A stretch of DNA of 64,000 nt from Stylophora pistillata (taxonomy: Eukaryota). Position numbers and translations under genes: made by a program. Shown piece after piece: positions 13,351 through 24,731 of this stretch. Under the pieces are notes generated by a model. It saw only the letters and a program-made list of their open reading frames with translations. It was not told where the DNA came from and did no database searches. Every line of letters begins with the position of its first letter. Position 1 is the stretch's first letter. Where the stretch lies: assembly GCF_002571385.2 (NCBI RefSeq), contig NW_019217805.1, forward strand, positions 849,984-913,983, in the 5' to 3' direction.

Positions 13351-14196
13351 AACTATTTCATATTCCGTTCATCTCCAGCGTCTCAAAAACAAATCACGCC
13401 AGCATTTCAGTTGCCGACAGCTTCAGCTGAAAGAAGAAAGATCATTTGGCATGGGAAATAATAATTTTCCCGAAAGAACCTCTCTTGAAACTCTACACTG
13501 ACTGGATTTTCTTAGATCGACCTCAGACAATGAGTAACGTTTAGACGCGGTTTGAATCCTCGTAATCAGATCAAAAATCTTTTTCGAACCGTGACTGAAA
13601 TTTTCACGCAAGCTATGTTTCTTAGAAATATGCCGTTGTTAGTGTAGAGCTGGCCTTTATTATTATCAGATAATTTGTTTTTATCAGCTCCTCAGATTAG
13701 AGGAACAAATTATCTTTTAATACCCCCATAGAGGCAGCCTCGCGGTTGTAGCATAGTTATCTAAGTGTCGGTCGAAGGTGTTATGCACATACTTGAATGT
13801 CATGTACTCTAAATAGTTGTAGTTTGGTATGCTAATTTAGACGGTATTTGAGACTTGTGCGTAAGTTTGAATTGGAATGTATTTTGTGTGTTTTTAGCGA
13901 ACAGTAAGTTTTAAATTAGTTGGATACTACAGCGGTTTCTTCAAAAACTTACCCCTTTTATTCATTTACTACTCTTATCCGGGTGCCGAAGCACTCTAAC
14001 ATTTGCCAAATAATAATAGTTTGAAATAGAAATCATGAGGTCACGAATATTTTAAAACAATTGAATATTTTCAAAAAATTAAAACGAGAAGCGAAAGGTA
14101 CACGGGCTCTTGACCTAAGATTGGCCGAGCAGGGATTGAGTGGGAAACATCATACAACTTCAGAGCGGCTACTAAGCTATAGTAGTATAATCCAAG

Positions 14197-17100
14197 ATGG
14201 CGTCGTCGATGGAAGTTCAGCCAACTACTTCGAAAGAATCAGAGACTGTTTTGGCGAGTTCTGGTTCGAGTGGAAGCGTATCAGTGGCTCTTCATCCCTT
14301 AGTAATTATGAATATATCTGAACACTACACCAGAATAAAAGCACAGTATGGAGAGCCCAACCCACAAGGTGATTTGTTTGCTGCTTACAATTTTGCCGTA
14401 AACCGTCTTGGTTTGTCACAGTCTTTCGTTTTTGACAGCACTCATGTTGTCTTTCGTTTAATGTTAGCCTGTTGTGATGTATAAGTAGCCATTGCAATTT
14501 AAATTTTGAAACATTCGAAGCCAGTATTCAGTCGTTTCTAACGATTATCACCTCATATTTTCTAGTAATTGGAGCACTACTAGGAACCCAGGATGGCCGT
14601 AAGATTGAAATTTTCAACTCCTTTGAACTTCAGTTCGATGTGTTTGATGACGGACAACTTGTGATAAATATAGAATACTATCGCAAAAAAGAGGAACAGT
14701 GTGAGTTGATATGAATTTGCTTTTGCAAGGTGGTAGTTGTAATCTGTCATAGTAGACATTTTTCATTTCTTAAGGTATGATGCGGCCAATGGTACTGCGT
14801 TATTTGTTGGCACGTGAACCTTACTGAAATTTGGCTGTAAGCAAAAACTAGGTTCATTGAACATAGCCACAGCAGTATACAAACAAACACAGCTGAAAAA
14901 GACAATCATTTTAAACAGACAAATACAGCCAAGAGGGTGGCAAAGGGTTTTTGCGTGATGTGTGATGGCCCCAAAATTTGCAGTGTGATGCATGATTGAA
15001 CTAAAATTATCTGTGTGACAGGGGACCAGACATCACAACCTGATATGTGATTTGCTATTTTACAAGCAGGTGATGCATGATTTACACATCTTACTAATTA
15101 GATTTCTGTGATAAGTGAATGCTCTTTGACCTAAAAGGTAGTCTGAGTGTCAGCCATCCTCTCCTAACCCATAAGGGATACTGCAATCCTAAGTAAATGC
15201 TCCCTGAGGGTCAGTTTTCAACAAGTAAATCGTCTCTATTTGTCTAACAAAAAGCAATATGACGAGTGAAATGCTGTTCATTCCAGAGTAAAAAACATTG
15301 ATGCAATAGAATTTTAAATAATACATCCAGTAGGTTGAAATCAAACAGTATTGGTTTAGTGTACTGACTCCTTTTTATGTGATGTATAAATTGGTTAAAA
15401 AATTCTCTGTGATGCATCATCTAATAAAAAAATTCAGCACAGTGTTTGATTGGAAACTCCCCCTTTGCTACTCTCAGCTGAAAGAGACACTCATATTGAT
15501 GGATGTTCTGGGCAGCTTAACCACCAATTTTTGCTGCCTAGGGAAATAAACAATCATTCCACACTAGAGAAAAGCAACATTTACATTGTGTAGTATACAC
15601 ATTTATCTTTGTGCTGCCCTGTACAGAAACACAGTCAAACCATTCTATATCTTGTTCATGTTACCTGACTGGCAATATATTTTTAGTTCACCAGGTGTTT
15701 AAGAATTTGGATTTCCTTGGATGGTACACCACAGGATCAAGTCCCACTGAGAATGATATCAGGGTACACAAACAGGTACCTTACATGACCATTATAATTT
15801 TATATTTCATCAACATCGGGCACTGTACAGTTGTGTGTTTGAGAATACTGTCTCAGATCTATTTCAGAAGACCATTGCTGGCTTTAATCATAATTCTATT
15901 TATACAACAATTACTTTCTCCCGACTAAGGTTGGGAGAACTTGCCAACCATGTGATTGTATTACACTGTATACTGCAGTGTCCTCAGAATTCACTGGTTT
16001 AAAATGAAGTGAACAAGGACAGAAAAGACAGAAAATGACACACAAATTTTTTTGACATTATTCAAGCTCAATAACTAGTTTTACCCAATGTAATTATCAT
16101 ACCATTGTATCCAATCTGATTAAAAACAAGAAACTGGCTTTCTGTGTTACTTTTATACTGCCTTGTGAACTGAGGTTGAGAATGCCTAAATACTCTATTT
16201 GATAGAAAGAGTACAGTTTACCCATATGGAAAAATTATTATATTTTTGTAGTGGAATAATAAATCTTCTATTCCCTGGTGTTGATGAAATTGATCATACA
16301 TGAAGACTTTATGACTTTATGGGCATTGCCTTAACCCTTTCGCTGACAGGTTCCTGGGGACTCAATATTTTTCTATGATGTAAGCCGACAAATCAGGCCA
16401 CAGCTCATCAAATTTTAAGTTCAACCCCAACAAACTATATCTCATTTTAATCAGTAAAAATTTTACAAACATTTAAGATTATTTGTTACATATGGGTCCT
16501 TCTGCACATAATTTGGGGCAAGAAAAGCCAAGCATAACAAAATTTTTGAGGAGTATGTTGTTTTTCCTGCTCTACTAAGACAAGGCATCAACGTACTTGT
16601 GAGCATAACTTTTGTATTATGTAAAAGTGTATTATTTCAGGAACCAAACACTTTTTATTCCATCCAATTATCTTGATTGCAACCAAAGTTATGCCTTTTA
16701 CTGTTCATCAAGGTGCGGCTTAGCAATTTTCAAAAATTAAAGGATATGTGATATTGCTGAATTATACTTGAGTAATTATACTTGAGTAACAACTAGCTAG
16801 CTTCACTTGAAATCACCAAAATAGTAACCATGAAGGACACAACCATAAATGGACAATAAGGTAAAAATGGTTCTGTTCTGACTTATGAAAAAATTACAAT
16901 CCATAGCAACCGTCAAGAATGTAGGCACAGGAAAAAATGCAGTATGAAATACTTGACATACATTCAAAGATACAGTTCACAAGTCTAAATAGTCACGGTC
17001 CTTTTCCCTCAAAAGAAAACTTCATTAGGATCATCCTCTAACACATTTCACTGTGCTTCCTCGACTGGAATCTGTGCTGATGCCATTTTTAAAAGGATAT

Positions 17101-20100
17101 TATTGCATGAGCAAATTTTTTGCGCGAAAAAACCGGTCAAATTTGCTATAAACAGCGAGAAAAACGGCTACGAATGAAGGAACATGACTTGACAAACCAT
17201 AATAATCTTTAAGAACTCAAAACAATACTATCTGGGGGTCCCCTGAGGTTTCTAGTATAGAATTCGTACGTTTGCCAGCGAAAGGGTTGATTAAGCCATT
17301 GAAAAAGACGTGTTTACATGTTGTCATTCACGTGTGTGTTCAAGAATATATATCAAGAATTAATACCCTAACACACTGAAAATAAAACTTGAAATAATGA
17401 AAATGTCATTGTTTCTCATCAGATATGCGAGATAAATGAAAGTCCGCTATTCCTGAAACTCAATCCACTTGCCAAGACCAATGATGTAGGTTTGCATTGA
17501 TGAATATATTTAGATTTTTTGCAAGTTACTGTGGACCTTGATTTGCCCTGGGATTAAAGGGGAAAATATTTTTTATGATGTTCATGCTATACTATAGACA
17601 CCTCATGTCTGTCTCTTATTTATCTCTTTTTTGTTTCAGTTACCAATCAGCTTGTTTGAATCTGTGATTGATATTGTGGAAGGAGCCGTAAGAATTCATT
17701 CCATTTTGCTTATGAAATATATATATCTTATTAACCAAGCATGAGGGCCGTACTGGGAGAATATCGGCCCGAGGTCTTGACAGTACGGACCGAGCGCAGC
17801 TCGGTCTGTACAAAAAAGACCGAGGGCGGATATTCTTCCAGTACGGTTCCGAGCAAGCTTGGTTAATAAGAGATCTATTATATGACTGAAGTTCAAAGGG
17901 ACACAAGTGCAGTATCTTTAGGGACCATTTGGGACAGTACCCGGTCCAATACTGAGAGAATATTGACCGGCAATAAAGCATTTTGATTGGTTGATTTTAG
18001 TTATTGGCTCTCTGACTGCCCAAGTCGTGTAATAATGCTGAATACTTAACATGTTCACATTTATTTTGAACCTTATATATACACCTTATCATCAGTTTGC
18101 ATATTCTTCGTACTGTTTGCTATACACTTGGTGATGACACAGAGCAATAACTTTTAACAATCAAGAGCTTCTTCAGTTGGTGACCATTTCCTTTATTCTC
18201 CTGACCTTAATGTGTGATTCAGGGATGATATTGTAAGGAGAAATTAGATGCTGATCACTTTGAGGAGTCACGGGGTTAGGATACCAAGAGATTTTGCTGA
18301 TAAATAAGAATTATTGAAAAAAAAATATCCAATGTACCATTATTTAACATTGCTCACTTTCAGACACGTATGTTGTTTGTGGAAACTCCCTACACCTTAG
18401 CTACAGAAGAAGCTGAGAGAATTGGAGTGGATCATGTGGCCAGACTATCAAATACTGGTACAGTTGACAGCTCAACAGGTATGCAAACAGAGAAAAAATC
18501 AATGATAATTAAGTAATAGTGCTTTTCTCATAATGTCATCGCTTCCAGTGCACATTGTTGGTCATGTTCAGGTGCTGAGGTCAACTTTGTTGTAAGGTGC
18601 CACCCAAAGAAACAGCATTCTTCACTGTGATTAGTTAGTTTGAATTAATTAAGTCCAGGGAGGTCCATGTGTCATACCTGACAGCCCAATATTTTGATCT
18701 GCAGTTATCATAAGTAATGACTGTCATTCTTTATTTTTTTCTTCCTTTTCAAATTCTTCCTTTAGCTCCAATTTTTTTTCTCTTATCAAAGTGCCTGCAA
18801 TGCTAAATGGGTCATAAGATAAGTCATAATATTTATTTCATGTCTGGGTGTTGGTGTGACTGCAGGCATGAGCAACATCACAACCACAACCACGTGACTG
18901 TAACTGGGTCAGAAAGGACATTTAGTAAGGCTGTGAACCATGTTGCGGTAAATGTTCTTCCCAGTGCAGCAGTGATTACTTGTGGCAGTGATATGTGAGG
19001 AGGTGTGTGTCATTTGTTATCCTCAAGATGCCCCTGACATTACTTAATTGCCTTATCTACAGGCAAATGAAGAGAGAATTTGAAGATGAAAGATCACGGA
19101 GGGTCGTGGGTTCAAGTCCCATCTGGGACTCGAATTATTTTTGAAGAGAGAATTGTTTGGCATTTAATGTTTCCAATGGCTGATCCGATGGCTATTTTGT
19201 TTGTTTTCTAGTGTCAGAACATCTTCTAGCTCAGTACAATGCAATCAAGATGTTACACTCCAGGGTCAAGATGATTTTAGAGTATGCTAAAGCAGTGAAA
19301 AATGGTAACATACATAGTCTACTGCTTTTTGCTTTCAGGAAAAAGTCAACCATTCAAAATTTGTCAATGGCAATTGTAAAATCTTTCCTCAACCTTTTTC
19401 TCTATATCTGTTCAGGTGAAACACCATGTAATCATGATATAATGCGTGATGCTTTGAGTCTGATCCAAAGACTTCCTGTCATGAAGACTGGTTTGTTCAG
19501 AGAAGATTTTTATAATGTATGTTGATTTTCATTCTATGAAGTATTTTGATTTAGTGTTTAATTAATGATGATTTCTTCCACAACACTTCAACTGGGTGTT
19601 TAACTCTCTTTTTCAGCAATGTAACGATATTATGTTGATGTGTTATCTGTCTACAATAACAAAAGGAGCCAACAGTCTTAATGAGGTAGGCTGAATATTC
19701 CTATTATGACACAAACTTCTCAATCTGGCAGTTTTGAGGGAGTGTATGGAAAGTGTAGGGGTCAGAGGTGCAAAACCAACAATTTGAGCTTTTTGCTGAG
19801 AAACTAATGCCAAGAATCCACTGTCTTCTTTTTACTGTGCTTTCAAACACCATTTATTGCCAAATTGTCCCAACCAATATCAAAACACCTTGCAATAAAA
19901 ATAAGGCATCACCTGGTAAGGAATAAGAACATTTCTAAGTGAGCTTTAGCTGTGGGTACATAAGGCTGCACTCTAAGAAAAATCATCTCCTTTATTCTGA
20001 AGATCTTGATGAATGATTTGTGAAGCAGTAATTACTGTAATGAAAAATGAGATGCTGGTTATTCTTAGGATTAAGAGTTAACCTAAATTTTTTGGGCATT

Positions 20101-20282
20101 TCTGAGAATTTTTTTTTTTGTTTACAAGAACTATAAATATTATCAATGTTTACTATTAACACTTTCGGAGTGAAGAACTACCAAATAAACTAAGTTTTGT
20201 TCTTCTTTTTCAGTTCATTAACAAGTTCAATGTGGTTTATGACCGTGGAATGGGAAGACGAATGAGAGGAACACTATTTTAG
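14197..20282 (+). CDS. COPS6: COP9 signalosome subunit 6 (MPN- domain)
   Basis: 10 GT-AG exons: 14197-14368, 14566-14700, 15687-15775, 17423-17485, 17640-17687, 18364-18478, 19212-19304, 19416-19516, 19617-19685, 20214-20282. Diagnostic peptides '[17 protein letters not shown]', '[10 protein letters not shown]', '[18 protein letters not shown]', C-terminus 'GRRMRGTLF'. Confidence 0.97.
16335..17286. mobile_element. Internally deleted piggyBac-like DNA transposon (~950 bp) in COPS6 intron 3
   Basis: TTAA|CCCTTTCGCTGACA ... TGCCAGCGAAAGGG|TTGA: 14-bp TIR with one mismatch and a TTAA-type target site; no intact ORF. Confidence 0.75.
17722..18035 (+). mobile_element. Hairpin repeat element, copy 1 (~310 bp)
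   Basis: Near-identical to 42568-42880. The 5' ~150 bp is an imperfect palindrome (CTTATTAACCAAGC...GCTTGGTTAATAAG) centred on CCGAGCGCAGCTCGG. Confidence 0.85.
18075..18279 (+). mobile_element. ~200-bp piggyBac-type MITE, degenerate copy
   Basis: Matches the family at 26557-26750 and 42882-43092 (…catattct…aacaatcaagagcttc…ggagaaattagatgc…ggggtta). Confidence 0.75.
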
Positions 20283-20933
20283 GGTCTGAAATACGAGAAT
20301 TTGAAACGCAGTATTGTTCACGAAGAAAGTGTTCTTGGAAACTGAAATAAAACGTTTGTGGTTTGCAATGTGATAAAAAAAGGACAAAACAATAAAAACA
20401 GAGGTTAGCTGTATAAAAAAGTTATGGCAACACATGCATTAGGCTAGCCCCAGTGCAAGATTCTTTAAGACTTTCAAATATGCAATTTTTGCGTACATGT
20501 ATGATCAGTAATTTGTTAATTTCTCCACAAGTTACAAATTGCAACAAGTCTGTCGATATGCATCAATAACTTGTCTTGTAAATATGGTTAATTAATTTGT
20601 GAAAATAAATGATTTTAATCTACTGCTCTACAAGTTTGTTTTTTAACATTTCATTTGTTCAATACAATGATCTCAGTGACATTTATTTCCAAATGGAAAA
20701 TTTTCAGCCATAAAAAATGCAAGCAATGCACTTTTGGTGGAAGTCAGCCAATTTGTACCTATATACTCCTACTTTAAAAGTTTTAAGTAACAAATTGAAG
20801 AAAGAGCCCATTCCCTATTGCCACCATCACGAAGTACTTGTACAAATTAAAATGAAACATCTTGAAAGGAGAGCTATAGTGTGATTGCCATGCGCAATGG
20901 TTAGAGAGCTTAAGAAGAGACGTGTTTGAGGCA

Positions 20934-20951
20934 ACCGGAAGAAACCGGAAG
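20934..20951 (+). promoter_or_regulatory. Tandem ETS-type CCGGAAG motifs in the INTS4 proximal promoter
   Basis: AACCGGAAGAAACCGGAAG about 155-170 bp upstream of the INTS4 ATG, inside the ~820-bp COPS6-INTS4 spacer. Confidence 0.45.
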
Positions 20952-21103
20952 ATTAATAATTATGAAAAGCTATTTGCCCCAGTACTTCCTCGGTTGCACC
21001 AGACTGAGGTTTCAGCATATCCATCATGGCGCCCGAACTTGGGTTTTTGTTATCTCTATGTTACTCACCTGAACGTGCTTAAATATCTCAAACGATCAAA
21101 GCC

Positions 21104-24100
21104 ATGAAGAGATCAAGCCCCGACTATTCCACCACTGTCGTGGAAGAAAAGCCGGTAGAGACTCTAGATTATGGCACTCAAAATCAGCCAGTTTTGAAAT
21201 TGAAGAGGAGTCGACAAGCTCTCGATGCTTCCAAGAGGCTTGCATTTGAACTGTCACAGTTCTCTACTCAACAAGAAATCCTTCAAACTCTTGTAGATCT
21301 CGAAAAAGAGCTTCCTTTAGAGTCGCTAGAAGTTGTGGAATTCGCCATTAGATCTTTGTGGGAGAGGTTTTACCATACTGAAGACGCTGCTGTTAGGGTG
21401 AAAGTTATTTCTTTGCTTGGAAGTGTGACTAGATTTCCCGGAGTCAATGTCCAGGCGATCGCTGAAGAGTTAATCAAACTACTAAACGTAAAGGATGAAG
21501 ACAGGACTAAAGGTAAAAGTTTTGGTTGTAGCAAAGTGTTACTTGATAGAAGTGATGGACAAGATGTTTACTGGTAGAAGTGTACAGTCATTTACCATGG
21601 CTGGAAGAACAGGAATTTAACAGGGGAATGGGGCTTGGGTTGGGCAATGGACCAGTGCTAGAGGTAAGACGTGCAGCTTTCCATTTCCCTGGGTCTGCTA
21701 TATTTGAGTTGTTTACTTGAAAGAGTTGACTATCAACAGACTAGTCTGCAGAGTATGACAGAATTTGAAGTGGTCTAGTGCATGGTGAGGCAATTCTGCC
21801 ATGTAAAATGCATGGTGTGTAAGGAAAAATTTAGCCATATCCTGCAGACAGGTCAATGTGGCCTCATCTGTATACAATTGTCTTTAATTAAAGCTCGCCA
21901 TGTCTCCTAGCAACTTATTGCTAGAGTATTCAATAGATGTATGAAAAGTAATGGGCTCAACTGCCTTTGAATACTTTGTTATTTGCATCTCCCAAGCTCA
22001 CAAAGCTCACAAAAGAAGATGAACTTTATCATGAACACTGGAGCTTCAAGAATGGTAACATTGTGCAAAATAGCAAAAAACACAACATCATCACTTGAAA
22101 GTTGCCAAAAAACTGTAAAATAACTCATACCCTTTACACAGCTATACTGCATTCTTACATGTAAATTTTGGATGTTTACGTCACGAGATATAAGGTGACT
22201 GTAATACCTCAATATCTTATTTTATTGGCCAAAAAATGACAAAGCGAACTGATCAACACCAAAAACCCTGATAACTCCTGGACACTGGAAAAATATGTGG
22301 TATAACCTCAAGAAACAACCCCAATACTGATAAATGAAAGTAGTTTCTGTTTTTTCTATTTTCCTGGCAGATTCTCACAAAGTATGCTCTCAAATATTCG
22401 ATACTCTCTTAAGACTTGGAAGACTTTTTGATGAGGAGGTAGGATGTTATTATGGCAAGCCAATGAAACTAACCCCTTAAACTTCCAAGATATGATTGTT
22501 AATTCTCCCTTCAAGCTGCTACTAGTTTCCTTGTAAATTAGTTACAAGAATTTGATGTAAATATTTAGTAAGAAAGATGGAAAGTTTGAGCTTAGTAAAG
22601 AAATAGAGAAAGATGTTTTTTTGTCTTGTTGTGAGAGTGGGGCAAAGGAAAAATTCTGAGTCTCCCCACAACGGATGGAACCTAAGACCTTCAGATTTTG
22701 CACTTGCATTCTCTACCACCGAGCCACAGAGACTCTGTGGTGAGCAAGGCCCATTACGAAGTTCATATATGACATGCATCCTGCATACTGTTAGGATTGG
22801 CAATGTTGATAGATCAAGACCAACTTCTGTCTGATAAGTTTTAGAATTCTCATCACCTGTTTGCTGGATAATGTATGGATATTAAAGGGAGAAGTTACAT
22901 GTTAATCACTTCTGGTCAAGTATTATTACGTCAAAATAATTTGTAATTTTTTTAGCCAAGAAATTATATAATCATCATCTTCATCAACATTACAGTAGTT
23001 TAAAAACAAATGATTTAACACACCTGCCGTTCTTCTCCGTGTAGGCAAAGATTGTCCACCACATTGAGAAGAGTGCCATTGAGGTACAACCTGTGAAAAA
23101 TTTTATCACAAATATGAGACAAGAGAGCATGGAATTACACGACTGGGACATTTTTAATCTAAATTATTGCAAGACTCAAAAGGAATTAGTATATATTAAA
23201 AAGTTACCTTCCTTACCTATTCCTATTTGGCATTGGTTGTGTTATTTATCAGTGAGAGGGGATCTCTTTTGCTAGAAAACAGTTTTATAAGATAGTTCAT
23301 GTTACTCATTTAAAGAAAGAAAAAGGCTAGGCAATATTTGTAGCCCATGAATGCTGCCATCTGCTTTTTATATTTATTAAGCCATAAAAAAATGTACAAA
23401 TTTGTCGGACTAAGCAATGCCTAGGTTCCACTGTGCAAATGATTGGGTTCCTGTACAGATTTATTTTGAACAAGTGTTACTATACTTTGTTCAGCCTGAC
23501 ACATATTTGCTTTTTCTTTTTCTTCGAAGCATCTTAAGGACCCTCATTTTTCAGTACGCTGCCGATGCCTTTGTCTGATTGGTCATCTGAATCAAGGAAC
23601 AGAAGGCTCCCCAAGCAAGGTGGGGTCTGAACCACAGGTTGTGGCACAGAGCTTGTTAGCAAGTTTTGCAAAAGACAGTGACCCCAGGGTACGAACAAGT
23701 GCTTTGCAAGCCTTGGTAAGTTGAAATTCATTCAAATTGTTCCATATCCATAAAAGGTTGGTGTCAATTATCACTAATTCAGTAAATTCATTAACTGTTC
23801 CTTACTGAGCAAGAAATAGATTGGGAGACAACTCAAATGCCTTATTTCATGATAGCTGGGCTCGACACTAACGGTAGCCCACTAGCCACAGACTTGTAGA
23901 AATTCAGTTTTGGCTAGTGGTTTTCAATTTCCACTAGCCAGTTTGGCTAGTAAACAGACTAAAATTGTCGTAATATCTAAAAACATCTAAGATGTCACTA
24001 GCCACTTGGCTCGTAAGTTGAAAAGTTAGTGTCGAGCCCTGTGATAGACTTACTCCCTTAAGAATGACCACAAAGAAATTTACCCTTACAATATAAAATT

Positions 24101-24530
24101 AAATACATTCTGAAGTACAAAGGTGATGAGAAAATATCAACCAGGAAATAACTTAACACCAAACTCTCAGAACTTAAGTTTTAAAGGAATATATGGAAAG
24201 CAGTGCAGAGAATTTATATATCGATCTTGAGAGTGTAAAGGTACAAGAATGCTGGGTGTGTGACTATATCCTTTTGTGAATGTATGGATTGATCTTCTTT
24301 ATAGCTGACATTGCATGACAGAGGGCAGAAACTGGACATGGCGGTTTATGATCAGGCGTCGCTGGCTTTGAATGATGACTATGAGGATGTGCGTATGGCA
24401 GCCATCAAGTTAGTTTGGGTTTTCAGTCAGGCTGATCCTGAAAGGTTTGTCCACTTTAGATACCTTTAACCCTTAACCCTTGAATTCCCAGAAGCGATTA
24501 ACAAGTGACTTCTCCCTGTAGTATCTTACA

Positions 24531-24581
<51 letters not shown>

Positions 24582-24582
24582 C

Positions 24583-24629
<47 letters not shown>

Positions 24630-24699
24630 AAGCGTACGCGTCAGCTTAAAATCAAAAGGGAGCTAAAAAAATACCGTTTCTTCTCACAAAATAATAATT

Positions 24700-24731
<32 letters not shown>

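Noticed and set aside
17640-17981. Paired similar ORFs at 17640-17981 and 42565-42828 (also 17696-17896 and 42528-42743)
   Set aside because: They are translations of two copies of a non-coding repeat, not duplicated genes.
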